In this document: in pieces, positions 27,776-38,188 of the stretch | Numbering within the stretch: the first letter of the stretch is position 1 | Layout of the letters: each line of letters begins with the position of its first letter | Origin: Candidatus Nanopelagicales bacterium | GTDB taxonomy: Bacteria > Actinomycetota > Actinomycetes > S36-B12 > UBA5976 | DNA: 60,964 nt | NCBI GenBank assembly: GCA_016463095.1 | Contig: JAEMSA010000006.1 | Span: forward strand, 1-60,964 | Direction of reading: 5' to 3' | Made by a program: the position numbers and the translations under genes | The notes under the pieces: generated by a model | Databases searched by the model: none | What the model was told of the DNA's origin: nothing | What the model saw: only the letters and a program-made list of their open reading frames with translations

Positions 27776-28695
27776 GTGAATATTTGTTAGAAGTTGAAGA
27801 ATCTCAAGAGGGTTTAAGAATTGATGCCCTGCTTTCTTCCAGTTTCGATCTATCTCGAACCAAAGTTGCCTCAGATATTGATGCTGGTTCTGTTTTAGTT
27901 AATGGCAAAATAGCTTTAAAGTCTCACCGTGTTACAACTGGTGACAAAATTATATATAACCCAATTATTAAAACAGCGATAAATCCAGCTGATCAGGTAA
28001 CAACAATTCCTATCTTGTTTGCTGATGAAGATATTGTCGTAATAGATAAACCAGTTGGTGTTGCAGTTCACGCCAGTCCTGGTTGGGAAGGTCCAACTGT
28101 CACAGCATCTTTGAGCGCACTTGGTCACACAATCTCTACAAGTGGTGCACCAGAAAGACAAGGTATTGTGCATCGCCTAGATGTTGGAACAAGTGGTGTG
28201 ATGGTTGTGGCAAAAAGTGAATTAGCCTACGAAAGTTTGAAAGATCAATTTAGAGATAGAACAGTGAAAAAGATTTATCACGCACTAGTACAAGGTCATC
28301 CTGATCCTTCCAAAGGAACAATTGATGCCCCAATTGATAGGCATCCACAAGAAAATTACAAATACGCGGTAGTAAATGGTGGAAAAGACAGTGTGACTCA
28401 TTATGAAACCATGGAAGCTTTTGCTGGTGCATCACTTTTAAAGATTGAGTTAGAAACAGGCAGAACACATCAAATCAGAGTTCATATGGCAGCCATTAAG
28501 CATCCCTGTGTTGGGGATTCAATGTATGGAGCAGATCCCAAGCTGGCCGTAAAACTTGAATTGCTGCGCCAGTGGTTACATGCCTCTGAGTTAACACTTC
28601 GTCACCCAAAAACTGGGGTAGATATGACTTTTAACTCCACTTATCCTCAAGACTTAACATTAAGTCTTACCCGCATCGCCGAGGCGTATAAGTAA
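27772..28695 (+). CDS. rluD: RluA/RluD-family 23S rRNA pseudouridine synthase
   Basis: S4 domain, IVHRLDVGTSG, LETGRTHQIRVH. Confidence 0.93.
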   Translation: MSEYLLEVEESQEGLRIDALLSSSFDLSRTKVASDIDAGSVLVNGKIALKSHRVTTGDKIIYNPIIKTAINPADQVTTIPILFADEDIVVIDKPVGVAVHASPGWEGPTVTASLSALGHTISTSGAPERQGIVHRLDVGTSGVMVVAKSELAYESLKDQFRDRTVKKIYHALVQGHPDPSKGTIDAPIDRHPQENYKYAVVNGGKDSVTHYETMEAFAGASLLKIELETGRTHQIRVHMAAIKHPCVGDSMYGADPKLAVKLELLRQWLHASELTLRHPKTGVDMTFNSTYPQDLTLSLTRIAEAYK

Positions 28696-28774
28696 AATTG
28701 TCAGCAGTAAGACATAAATTAGTAGTACAAATCTTCCCCTTGTATTTTTCAAAAGAAAGGACCTTTAGTTAGTC

Positions 28775-31700
28775 ATGTCCGATCGTGATTCTTTTGTTCA
28801 TCTTCATGTTCATACCGAATATTCAATGCTTGATGGTGCTGCTCGACTAAATCCGTTAATGAGTGAAACTAAAAGGCTAGGAATGCCTGCTATTGCTATT
28901 ACAGATCATGGAAACCTTTATGGTGCATTTGATTTTTATAAACATGCCAACGAGCAAGGTATTAAACCAATAATTGGCATTGAAGGTTATTACGCACCTA
29001 ACGGTCGTAAATCTAGGGAGATGTTGGATTTTGGTAGCAGTTCAAAAAGTGAAGATCAAGAGTTTGGGCGAGGTAAATCTCCTTACACTCACATCACCAT
29101 GTGGGCGACAACCACTGAAGCAATGCATAACCTATTTCGAATCTCATCACTTGCCAGCATTGAAGGTTATTACTACAAACCAAGATTTGATTATGAATTA
29201 TTCGAAAAATATGGCAAAGGATTAATTGCCACTACAGGTTGTCCATCTGGTGAAGTGAATAGATGGTTACAGGTCGGAGATGAGAAAAAAGCCCGAGAAG
29301 TTGCTGGTGCTATGCAAGAAGTTTTTGGTAAAGAAAACTATTTCTGTGAGCTAATGGATCATGGTTTAGATATAGAAACAAAAACTCGACCAGCATTACT
29401 AAAGATTGCTAAAGATTTAAATATTCCTCTAGTTGCCACGAATGATTTGCATTACACCTACGCCGCTGATGCTGCATCACATGAAGTGCTGCTGTGTGTT
29501 GGCACTAGAACAACTATGAGTGATCCAAATAGATTCAAATTTGATGCTCAAGATTTCTACTTAAAATCCCCAGCAGAAATGCGCTCCTTGTGGAAGGATT
29601 TTCCAGAAGCTTGCGATAACACTTTATTGATTGCTGAGCGATGTGATGTGAAGTTTACTGAAGGCGCCAATCTAATGCCCAGTTTTGAGGTACCAGCTGG
29701 TGAGACTGAAGAAACCTGGTTGGCTAAAGAAGTTCAAATTGGATTAGCAAAAAGATTTAAAAACCAAATTCCTGATACCCATCAAAAACAAGCAGAATAT
29801 GAAATAAACGTAATTAATCAAATGGGTTTTCCTAGTTACTTTCTAGTGGTAGCAGATTTGGTTAGCTATGCCAAAGTAAACAAAATTAGAGTGGGACCAG
29901 GGCGAGGTTCTGCTGGGGGATCGGTAATTGCATTTGCGTTAGGAATAACCGAATTAGATCCATTAAAACATGGTTTGTTGTTTGAAAGATTCTTAAATCC
30001 TGAAAGAGTTTCCCTACCTGATATTGATATTGACTTTGATGAAAAAAGACGCGCTGACATGATTCGTTATGCCACCACAAAATATGGATCAGATCACGTT
30101 TCACAAATCATCACCTACGGAACCATTAAAGCCAAAGCTGCAATTAAAGATTCAGCACGAGTTTTAGGTTATCCTTTTGCGGTTTCTGATAAAATTACCA
30201 AACTCATTCCACCACCAGTTGTGGGCAAAGACATGTCACTTGCCTCAATTTTTGATAAAACTGATGATCGCTTCAAAGAAGCAAACGAGTTTCGAAATCT
30301 TTATAAAGCAGATCCTGATGCGCAACGAATCGTTGACACAGCCCGGGGACTGGAAGGTTTAAGAAGACAACCAGGAGTACACGCAGCAGGCGTAATTTTA
30401 TGTCGCGAACCATTAATTGATGTGGTGCCTTTGTGGAAACGCGAACAAGACGGTGCCATCATCACTCAATTTGATATGGGGGCTTGTGAATCTTTAGGGC
30501 TTCTGAAGATGGACTTTTTAGGTTTAAGAAATCTAACTGTGTTAGATGATTGTTTAGCGCACATTAAACGAAACCAAAATATTGAATTTACTTTAGAAGA
30601 GCTAGAACTAACAGATAAACCAACTTATGAACTATTAAGTAGGGGAGACACTTTAGGAGTCTTTCAACTAGACGGGGCACCGATGAGAGCATTACTTCGC
30701 TCCATGCAACCAGACAATTTTGAACACATTTCAGCGGTGCTGGCACTTTATCGACCAGGACCAATGGGAGTAAACGCACACAATGATTACGCAGATAGAA
30801 AAAATAAAAGAACGCAAGTTAAACCAATACATGAAGACTTAGCTGAACCACTAGATGAAATTTTGTCTGATACCTACGGACTGATTGTTTACCAAGAACA
30901 AGTAATGGCCATCGCACAAAAAGTGGCTGATTATTCATTGGGTAAAGCCGATTTGTTAAGACGTGCGATGGGTAAGAAAAAGAAAGAAATTCTTGACCAA
31001 GAATTTGTGCCCTTTAGAGATGGGATGCGCGCCAATAAATACAGTGAAGACGCCATCAAAACTTTGTGGGACACCTTGGTTCCCTTCTCAGATTATGCAT
31101 TTAACCGTGCACATACTGCAGGTTATGGATTAGTTTCTTATTGGACTGCTTATTTGAAAGCAAATTTTCCAGCAGAATATATGGCAGCACTGCTATCCAG
31201 TGTTAAAGATGATCGAGATAAGTTAGCAATTTATTTAAACGAATGTCGTCGCATGGGCATCAAAGTTTTGCCACCAGATGTTAATGAATCCTTAAGTGAA
31301 TTTGCACCTGTAGGAAATGATATTCGTTTTGGTTTATCAGCAATTAAAAACGTGGGTGAAAATGTGGTGGAGGCTCTTATTAGTTCCAGGCAAAAAAATG
31401 AGAGATTTAGTGACTTTTTTGATTTCTTGAAAAAAGTAGATCCAGCTGTGTGCAGTAAAAGAGTTATTGAAGCACTAATTAAAGCTGGGGCATTTGATTC
31501 CCTAGGACATTCTCGAAAAGGTTTACTAAGTGTGCACATAGAAGCAGTTGAAAGTGCTAGTGAATCTAAACGAGCTGAATCAATTGGACAATATGACTTA
31601 TTTGGATCCTCAAGTGGTGAAACTGTTTCAATCACTGGAGCACAAATTTCAATTCCGGAAGGTGAATGGGATAAAGCAATATTGCTCAATTTTGAAAGAG

Positions 31701-32302
31701 AAATGTTGGGTCTTTATGTGAGTGATCACCCACTTTTGGGAATTGAACATTTATTAAACAGATTCTCTGATACTTCCATGGCAGATATTACCCACGGTAA
31801 CAAAAATGATGGCGAAATTGTTACTGTCGCAGGTTTAGTAACAAATATTCAACGAAAAGTTACCAAACAAGGTGCGTCATGGGCCATAGTCACGCTAGAA
31901 GATCTAGCCGGCGCTGTTGATTTAATGGTTTTTTCTCAAACGTATGCCAATGTGTCGGGACTAATTCATGATGATGCCATTTTGGCAGTGAAAGCAAAAA
32001 TTGATGCCAGAGAAGAAGAAAGTCCAAAACTTGTGGCATTGGAATTTTCAGTGCCAGATTTAAATAAACAACGCACTGGTCCAGTGATAGTTAAATTACC
32101 TTTAACCAGGTGCACTCCACCTGTGGTTGATTCCATTAAATCAGTTTTGCAAACACATCCTGGTTCAGTGGAGGTTCATTTGCATTTAACTAATGGAGAA
32201 AAAACCACAGTCATGAAAATTGATGAAAAATTAAGAGTGGAGCCAACTTCTGCATTGTTTGGTGAATTAAAGGCATTGCTGGGACCAAGTGCTGTTGCTT
32301 AA
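28775..32302 (+). CDS. dnaE: DNA polymerase III alpha subunit (DnaE1), no intein
   Basis: PHP motifs HLHVHTEYS, TDHG, TNDLHY; GPGRGSAGGS; PDIDIDF; LLKMDFLGL. Confidence 0.98.
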   Translation: MSDRDSFVHLHVHTEYSMLDGAARLNPLMSETKRLGMPAIAITDHGNLYGAFDFYKHANEQGIKPIIGIEGYYAPNGRKSREMLDFGSSSKSEDQEFGRGKSPYTHITMWATTTEAMHNLFRISSLASIEGYYYKPRFDYELFEKYGKGLIATTGCPSGEVNRWLQVGDEKKAREVAGAMQEVFGKENYFCELMDHGLDIETKTRPALLKIAKDLNIPLVATNDLHYTYAADAASHEVLLCVGTRTTMSDPNRFKFDAQDFYLKSPAEMRSLWKDFPEACDNTLLIAERCDVKFTEGANLMPSFEVPAGETEETWLAKEVQIGLAKRFKNQIPDTHQKQAEYEINVINQMGFPSYFLVVADLVSYAKVNKIRVGPGRGSAGGSVIAFALGITELDPLKHGLLFERFLNPERVSLPDIDIDFDEKRRADMIRYATTKYGSDHVSQIITYGTIKAKAAIKDSARVLGYPFAVSDKITKLIPPPVVGKDMSLASIFDKTDDRFKEANEFRNLYKADPDAQRIVDTARGLEGLRRQPGVHAAGVILCREPLIDVVPLWKREQDGAIITQFDMGACESLGLLKMDFLGLRNLTVLDDCLAHIKRNQNIEFTLEELELTDKPTYELLSRGDTLGVFQLDGAPMRALLRSMQPDNFEHISAVLALYRPGPMGVNAHNDYADRKNKRTQVKPIHEDLAEPLDEILSDTYGLIVYQEQVMAIAQKVADYSLGKADLLRRAMGKKKKEILDQEFVPFRDGMRANKYSEDAIKTLWDTLVPFSDYAFNRAHTAGYGLVSYWTAYLKANFPAEYMAALLSSVKDDRDKLAIYLNECRRMGIKVLPPDVNESLSEFAPVGNDIRFGLSAIKNVGENVVEALISSRQKNERFSDFFDFLKKVDPAVCSKRVIEALIKAGAFDSLGHSRKGLLSVHIEAVESASESKRAESIGQYDLFGSSSGETVSITGAQISIPEGEWDKAILLNFEREMLGLYVSDHPLLGIEHLLNRFSDTSMADITHGNKNDGEIVTVAGLVTNIQRKVTKQGASWAIVTLEDLAGAVDLMVFSQTYANVSGLIHDDAILAVKAKIDAREEESPKLVALEFSVPDLNKQRTGPVIVKLPLTRCTPPVVDSIKSVLQTHPGSVEVHLHLTNGEKTTVMKIDEKLRVEPTSALFGELKALLGPSAVA

Positions 32303-32976
32303 TTAGGACTAATAGTCACTCTTGTTAAAAACGGGGTAGGCACACTAGGGATTTCCTGCATCAAGATTGTTTCACGATTAATTATTTTCATCACAGCTTT
32401 CAATCTTAAGTTGGCATCATCCATGTTTAAAAGACTTTGTTGTTCTAGTGAAGTTAAAGGCAATAGTCCACCGATTAAAAAACTTAAAGCTGAAGGTTCT
32501 GAGGGTAAATCGTGAGCAGAGTTGTCATTGTCAGCATCCATCATCATCATGAAATCAGCACATTTTTCTTGAGCCAAACTAATTATTGCGGGATCAAAAT
32601 CAACTGGTAATTCTGGACGAACACTAACTTCACCAATCAAGTAGGGAGCTTTACTCACACTTAGTGATCGAATATCAAATCGTTCACCACCCATAACCAT
32701 TATTTCAAAAGTTCCATCATCATTTGCTGCAGTTTTTCTCAAAACTGCGATAGTTCCGACTTCTGCAATCTGGGGAAGATCATGGTCAGTTTCTGAACCT
32801 TTAACTATGGAAACAATCCCAAAACGTTGCTCAGGCTCAGGTAGCGCTAATAAATCGGCAATTAAACGTCTATATCTGTTTTCGAAAATGTGTAACGGCA
32901 TTAATTGATGTGGCATCAAAACAGTGTTGAGAGGAAATATTGGCAACATCAGCTGATTCGAATCTTCATCTCTCAT
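32299..32976 (-). CDS. LON peptidase substrate-binding (N-terminal) domain protein
   Basis: LPIFPLNTVLMP..MPLHIFENRYR, GGERF; start trimmed to ATG 32976 because the longer ORF overlaps hisD. Confidence 0.88.
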   Translation of the reverse strand: MRDEDSNQLMLPIFPLNTVLMPHQLMPLHIFENRYRRLIADLLALPEPEQRFGIVSIVKGSETDHDLPQIAEVGTIAVLRKTAANDDGTFEIMVMGGERFDIRSLSVSKAPYLIGEVSVRPELPVDFDPAIISLAQEKCADFMMMMDADNDNSAHDLPSEPSALSFLIGGLLPLTSLEQQSLLNMDDANLRLKAVMKIINRETILMQEIPSVPTPFLTRVTISPN

Positions 32977-33015
32977 GGCTTTAGAATATGACAAGAATCC
33001 AAAGTGAGCATCCCG

Positions 33016-33021
33016 TAGAAT
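33016..33021 (+). promoter_or_regulatory. -10 box (TAGAAT) of probable leaderless hisD transcript
   Basis: TANNNT 7 nt before ATG 33029; no SD. Confidence 0.6.
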
Positions 33022-33028
33022 TAAATAT

Positions 33029-34324
33029 ATGATTCGCCGTATTGACTTAAGAAAAATCGAGAAATTGCCTCGAACTGTAGTGCAGCGTGCCCAAGTTGAT
33101 GTTGATTCGGTAATTAGTGTGGTTAAACCCATTATTGAAGACATCAAAAACAATGGCGATAAGGCCATCATGGCCTGGACCGAGAAACTTGACGGGGTAA
33201 AGCCAGCATCGTTGCTGGTACCCATAGAAGTAATTGACAAAGCTTTTAGCGAAATGTCTACTGATGTTATTGAGGCATTACAAGAAGCAATTAGACGATC
33301 TCAAATCGTGCACAAATCTCAAATTCGAAAAGATTCAACAACAGAAGTTGTTGAGGGCGGATCAGTAAGTGAGCGGTGGCTACCTGTTGATCGCGTAGGA
33401 CTTTATGTTCCAGGTGGTAATGCTGTCTATCCATCAAGTGTGGTGATGAATGTAGTTCCGGCACAAGTTGCTGGAGTTAGATCTATTGCTGTAGCAAGTC
33501 CAGCTCAAAAAGAAAATAATGGATGGCCCAATAAAACAATTTTGGCTGCGTGCAAACTTTTAGGTATTTCTGAAATTTATTCAGTTGGCGGGGCACAAGC
33601 CATTGCCATGTTTGCTTATGGCACAGAAACTTGTGAGCCAGTAAATATGGTCACTGGACCAGGAAATATTTATGTCACAGCCGCAAAAAGAATCCTAAGA
33701 GGATTAATCGGAATCGATAGCGAAGCAGGACCAACAGAAATTGCCATTTTGGCAGATGAGAGTGGTAACGCTAACTGGATTGCTGCAGATTTGATTAGTC
33801 AAGCAGAACATGATGTTATGGCTGCAAGTGTGCTGGTGACTACTTCAGAAGAGTTAGCTGATGCAGTGGTGGCTCAATTGCAATTACAAGTACCACAAAC
33901 CAAACATTCTGCTCGTATTACTGAAGCCTTAGCTGGAATACAAAGTGCCATTGTCTTAGTAAAAGATTTAGATCAAGGCTTAGCAGTAGTCGATCAATAT
34001 GCTGCTGAGCACTTAGAAATACATACTGTAGATGCCCAAGCAATAGCTTTGAAAGTCAAAAATGCTGGTGCGATATTTGTTGGAGCACATGCACCTGTTT
34101 CTTTAGGTGATTATTTGGCTGGTAGCAACCACGTACTACCAACTGGAGGTTGTGCTTGCCACTCTTCTGGATTATCTGTACAAACATTCCTTAAAGGAGT
34201 TCATTACATTAATTACTCTGCAGATGCATTGCAAGAGGCGGCAAATCAAATAAGAACTCTTGCTCAGGCAGAAGATTTACCAGCACATGCTCAAGCTGTT
34301 GATATTAGGTTCGAAACACCTTGA
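33029..34324 (+). CDS. hisD: Histidinol dehydrogenase
   Basis: [44 protein letters not shown]. Confidence 0.98.
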   Translation: MIRRIDLRKIEKLPRTVVQRAQVDVDSVISVVKPIIEDIKNNGDKAIMAWTEKLDGVKPASLLVPIEVIDKAFSEMSTDVIEALQEAIRRSQIVHKSQIRKDSTTEVVEGGSVSERWLPVDRVGLYVPGGNAVYPSSVVMNVVPAQVAGVRSIAVASPAQKENNGWPNKTILAACKLLGISEIYSVGGAQAIAMFAYGTETCEPVNMVTGPGNIYVTAAKRILRGLIGIDSEAGPTEIAILADESGNANWIAADLISQAEHDVMAASVLVTTSEELADAVVAQLQLQVPQTKHSARITEALAGIQSAIVLVKDLDQGLAVVDQYAAEHLEIHTVDAQAIALKVKNAGAIFVGAHAPVSLGDYLAGSNHVLPTGGCACHSSGLSVQTFLKGVHYINYSADALQEAANQIRTLAQAEDLPAHAQAVDIRFETP

Positions 34325-34330
34325 CCGAAG

Positions 34331-34348
34331 TCAATGATAAATCATTGA
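34331..34348. promoter_or_regulatory. Perfect 8-2-8 inverted repeat between hisD and hisB
   Basis: TCAATGAT-AA-ATCATTGA. Confidence 0.4.
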
Positions 34349-34390
34349 TGAACGATAATTAGATAAAACCAAAACAAGAAGGAGTAAGTC

Positions 34391-34978
34391 GTGAGTAGAA
34401 AAGGGCGGGTAGCTCGCACTACTAAAGAAAGCGACGTACTTGTTGAAATAGATTTAGATGGAACAGGTGAAGTTGTAGTTGATACCGGCGTTCCTTTTTA
34501 TGACCACATGTTGAGTCAACTAGGTAAACACGGTGCATTTGATTTGAAAGTAAAAACAAAAGGTGATATTTCAGTTGATGAACACCACACCATAGAAGAC
34601 ACCGCTTTGGCACTTGGTGCTGCCTTTAAAGAAGCTTTGGGAGACAAAGCAGGAATTAGAAGATATGGTGATGCAACTTTGCCTCTGGATGAAGTTTTAG
34701 TTCGTGCAGCGGTTGATTTATCTGGCAGACCATATTTAGTGCACAGTGAAACAGATATTGCTCCCATGATTGGTACTTATGACACCACGCTTACGAAACA
34801 TATTTGGGAATCCTTTGTTAACAGCGCAGATATTACTTTGCACATAAAAGTACTTGAAGGAAGAAATGCTCACCACGTTGTGGAAGCCCAATTTAAAGCG
34901 GTTGCTAGAGCATTAAGAGATGCGGTAGCTTTTGACGCTAAATCTGTGGGTATTCCTTCAACCAAGGGTGTGCTGTAG
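34391..34978 (+). CDS. hisB: Imidazoleglycerol-phosphate dehydratase (monofunctional)
   Basis: R.TKES, DEHHTIED, NAHHVVEA, IPSTKGVL; RBS AAGGAG. Confidence 0.98.
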   Translation: MSRKGRVARTTKESDVLVEIDLDGTGEVVVDTGVPFYDHMLSQLGKHGAFDLKVKTKGDISVDEHHTIEDTALALGAAFKEALGDKAGIRRYGDATLPLDEVLVRAAVDLSGRPYLVHSETDIAPMIGTYDTTLTKHIWESFVNSADITLHIKVLEGRNAHHVVEAQFKAVARALRDAVAFDAKSVGIPSTKGVL

Positions 34979-35007
34979 ATAAAACTCATGTTTAAGAATG
35001 GGTTTTA

Positions 35008-35637
35008 ATGTCAAAAAATATTGTGGTGCTTGATTACGGATCAGGAAATATTAGATCTGCTCAAAAAAGTTTGCAACATGTTGGTGCCAATGTTGTTATC
35101 TCAAATGATTTCCAAACTTGTTTAGATGCAGATGGCTTAGTAATACCAGGAGTAGGTGCGTTTGCGGCCTGCATTGACGGGATCAGAAATGTTCGAGGTT
35201 TAGAAATAGTTGACAAGCGCCTAGCTGGTAGTCGTTTTGTTTTGGGAATTTGTGTGGGCATGCAAATTATGTTTGAAAATGGGTTAGAGCATGGTGTTAA
35301 AACTCAAGGATTACAACAATGGCCAGGTGATGTCACTCAAATTGATGCCACAATTTTGCCTCATATGGGTTGGAACAATATTGAAGTATCACAAGGAAGC
35401 AGACTGTTTGATGGTGTCGCAGAAGAAAAATTTTACTTTGTTCATTCTTTTGCAGCAAAGAATTTGGATTTAGTGGGAACTGAGAAAATTGATCCTCCGT
35501 TAAAGCACTACACAACTCATGGCGAAAGATTTTTATCAAGTGTTGAAAACGGTCCATTATCTGCCACCCAATTTCATCCAGAAAAATCTGGCGAAGCTGG
35601 ATTACAACTACTTGCTAATTGGTTAGGTTGTGTTTGA
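35008..35637 (+). CDS. hisH: IGP synthase glutaminase subunit
   Basis: DYGSGN, PGVGAF, GICVGMQ, QFHPEKS. Confidence 0.97.
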   Translation: MSKNIVVLDYGSGNIRSAQKSLQHVGANVVISNDFQTCLDADGLVIPGVGAFAACIDGIRNVRGLEIVDKRLAGSRFVLGICVGMQIMFENGLEHGVKTQGLQQWPGDVTQIDATILPHMGWNNIEVSQGSRLFDGVAEEKFYFVHSFAAKNLDLVGTEKIDPPLKHYTTHGERFLSSVENGPLSATQFHPEKSGEAGLQLLANWLGCV

Positions 35638-36364
35638 TTTGAAACCACTAATACTTTTACCAGCCGTTGATGTTGCAGATGGTCAAGCAGTTCGTTTAGT
35701 GCAAGGAGAATTAGGAACAGAAACTTCCTACGGTTCCCCCCTTGAGGCAGCACTAGCTTGGCAAGAACAAGGTGCGCAATGGATTCATTTAGTGGACTTA
35801 GACGCGGCGTTTGGAAAAGGCGATAACAGAGAAATACTTAAAGAAGTCACAGCCAAACTTGATATCAAAGTTGAAATCTCTGGTGGTATTCGCGATGACG
35901 AATCTTTGGAAAACGCTGTGGCAATTGGTGCCCAACGAATTAATTTGGGTACAGCCGCTTTGGAGAATCCAGAGTGGACAGCCAAAGTGATTAGTAAATA
36001 CGGAGACATGATTGCTATCGGTCTTGATGTGCGAGGCAGAAATTTGGCGGCCCGGGGTTGGACTAAAGAAGGTGGCGAACTAATTGAAACATTACTTAGA
36101 TTAGATAAAGACAACGCTGCCAGATATGTAGTTACAGATGTTACAAAAGATGGAACCTTACAAGGACCTAACACTGCGTTATTGAAAGAAATTCTGGATC
36201 ACACTAAAAAACCTGTTATTGCATCTGGTGGAATTGCCTCACTAGCTGACATTGCTGCTTTAAGACAATTAACAAATATTGGTGTTGAAGGTGCCATTGT
36301 TGGCAAAGCACTTTATGCACAAAAATTTACATTGAAGGACGCTTTGAAGATTGCCGGAGATTAA
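35630..36364 (+). CDS. priA: Phosphoribosyl isomerase PriA (HisA, probably also TrpF)
   Basis: [32 protein letters not shown]; actinobacterial type; no trpF in the nearby trp cluster. Confidence 0.93.
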   Translation: MFDLKPLILLPAVDVADGQAVRLVQGELGTETSYGSPLEAALAWQEQGAQWIHLVDLDAAFGKGDNREILKEVTAKLDIKVEISGGIRDDESLENAVAIGAQRINLGTAALENPEWTAKVISKYGDMIAIGLDVRGRNLAARGWTKEGGELIETLLRLDKDNAARYVVTDVTKDGTLQGPNTALLKEILDHTKKPVIASGGIASLADIAALRQLTNIGVEGAIVGKALYAQKFTLKDALKIAGD

Positions 36365-36369
36365 TAACA

Positions 36370-37146
36370 ATGCCCTTAGCAACCAGAATTATTCCTTGTT
36401 TAGATGTTGATAATGGTCGCGTAGTAAAAGGTATAAATTTTAAGAATTTAGTTGATGCTGGTGATCCAGTGCAATTAGCAAAAATGTATGCCGAGCAAGG
36501 TGCTGATGAAATCACTTTTCTTGATATTTCTGCGTCAAGAGATAACAAGGAAACAATGCTGGATGTGGTGCGAAAAACTGCAGATGCAGTTTTCATTCCC
36601 TTAACTGTCGGGGGAGGAATAAAAAGTGTTGCTGACGTTGATTATTTATTAAGAGCAGGCGCCGACAAAATATCGATAAATACTAGCGCGATTAATAACC
36701 CCGATTTGATAAACGAAATCTCTAATCGTTTCGGTTCACAAGTTTTAGTTATCTCAATTGATGCCAGGAGAACAAGTGAAAAATATGCCACCTCTGGCTT
36801 CGAAGTCACAACACATGGCGGCACCAAGAGTTGTGGACTGGACGCTTTAGCTTGGACTATTGAAGCGGTGCAAAGAGGAGCAGGTGAAGTTCTACTAAAC
36901 TCCATGGACAAAGACGGAACTAAAGATGGATTTGATTTGGAATTAATAGAAATTATTAGATCAAAAGTTTCAGTTCCCTTAATTGCAAGTGGAGGAGCTG
37001 GAAAAGTCAGCGATTTTTACCCTGCAGTTAAAGCCGGGGCAAATGCGCTACTTGCTGCTAGTGTTTTTCATTTTCAAGATATTAAAATTGAAGACGTTAA
37101 AAAGGAACTACAAGCAAACAACGTGGAAATTAGATCCCAAATTTAG
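36370..37146 (+). CDS. hisF: IGP synthase cyclase subunit
   Basis: [36 protein letters not shown]. Confidence 0.98.
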   Translation: MPLATRIIPCLDVDNGRVVKGINFKNLVDAGDPVQLAKMYAEQGADEITFLDISASRDNKETMLDVVRKTADAVFIPLTVGGGIKSVADVDYLLRAGADKISINTSAINNPDLINEISNRFGSQVLVISIDARRTSEKYATSGFEVTTHGGTKSCGLDALAWTIEAVQRGAGEVLLNSMDKDGTKDGFDLELIEIIRSKVSVPLIASGGAGKVSDFYPAVKAGANALLAASVFHFQDIKIEDVKKELQANNVEIRSQI

Positions 37147-37759
37147 CTTCTTTTATTATTTGTATTGCGTCATCTACGCCTTCGAATTTGATATTAGCTG
37201 CGGATTTTCTTCCATAAGCAAACAAAACCAGATCTATTACTTCCCCTTGAATTGTTACACAACTTTTACCTGACTTTATGGTGTATGTCCCTTGATCAGA
37301 TTTTGCAATTATTCCGATTTTAGCCTCACGCATGAAAATTTTGCCTGAACGAGTAAAAAGCTTCCATAAGAATTGTTTATCCTGGTCACTAAAAAATCTG
37401 GGCACATAATTTGGTTGCGCTCTTAAAAGATCTTCGTGATGAACTGTGAACTCAATTGAGTTGGCAAACTTTTCAACCCCGGGGAGAGCAAATGGTGAGA
37501 ATTTTTTAGGACCGTCTTGGAATTCTTGAACCAAGGCCTCAAAGCCTCGTTTTTTTATTTGAGTGGCAACCTTGTCAGCGTATGAAGATAGTGCTGGAAT
37601 AAATATTCCAAGAGCGGCATCAGGTCTAGTTTCTCTGGCAATCAAATGGACAAGTAAATCAAAAGAAGTCCAACCTTGACACAAAGTTGGTGAACCTGGG
37701 CCCAGATTTCTTAAAGTTTGGGCTAGTGCATATCTTTCACGTTTTGCTAAAGAGGCCAT
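37130..37759 (-). CDS. TIGR03085-like (MDMPI/DinB superfamily) metal-binding protein
   Basis: PTLCQGW..DL..HL..RE, E...HHEDL.RA, L.LF.YGR; usual neighbour of hisI in actinobacteria. Confidence 0.82.
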   Translation of the reverse strand: MASLAKRERYALAQTLRNLGPGSPTLCQGWTSFDLLVHLIARETRPDAALGIFIPALSSYADKVATQIKKRGFEALVQEFQDGPKKFSPFALPGVEKFANSIEFTVHHEDLLRAQPNYVPRFFSDQDKQFLWKLFTRSGKIFMREAKIGIIAKSDQGTYTIKSGKSCVTIQGEVIDLVLFAYGRKSAANIKFEGVDDAIQIIKEAKFGI

Positions 37760-37825
37760 AAGTAGAGATTAGACGAAAAGATACCTAGCGATAAATCAGG
37801 TGGCACCCTAAGCAAGAATAAGCAC

Positions 37826-38185
37826 ATGACAGATCTAAACCAAGGCTCAATATCTGCGTATTGGCATTCTCTGAAAGCTAATGAAAATGGTTTAGTCCCG
37901 GTAATAACCACTGAAGAAGTTAGTAATCAAGTTTTGATGATGGCTTGGATGAATGAGGAAGCTTTCACCAAAACTTTAGAATCAAAAAAGGTCACATATT
38001 TTTCGCGTAGCAGAAATAAACTTTGGGTTAAAGGTGAGGAATCTGGGAACACTCAAGAATTAGTTGAATTACGAATTGATTGTGATGCAGACACAGTTTT
38101 ACTTAAAGTCAAACAAAAAGGATCAGCTTGTCACACCGGGGATAAAACCTGTTTTGATGGCGTTGTCGTGTGGGCTGCGAAATAG
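37826..38185 (+). CDS. hisI: Phosphoribosyl-AMP cyclohydrolase
   Basis: FSRSR..LW.KGEESG, DCDAD, ACHTG..TCF. Confidence 0.97.
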   Translation: MTDLNQGSISAYWHSLKANENGLVPVITTEEVSNQVLMMAWMNEEAFTKTLESKKVTYFSRSRNKLWVKGEESGNTQELVELRIDCDADTVLLKVKQKGSACHTGDKTCFDGVVVWAAK

Positions 38186-38188
38186 TTG

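Noticed and set aside
28775-32302. Intein or split dnaE
   Set aside because: Normal length (1175 aa), continuous motifs, no splice-junction signatures
32977-33240. N-terminal extension of the LON-domain ORF
   Set aside because: Antisense overlap with hisD; the domain starts near 32949 and a -10 box precedes ATG 32976
37760-38188. trp or his attenuator leader peptide
   Set aside because: trpE directly abuts hisI, hisD appears leaderless, and no Trp- or His-codon-rich mini-ORF was found
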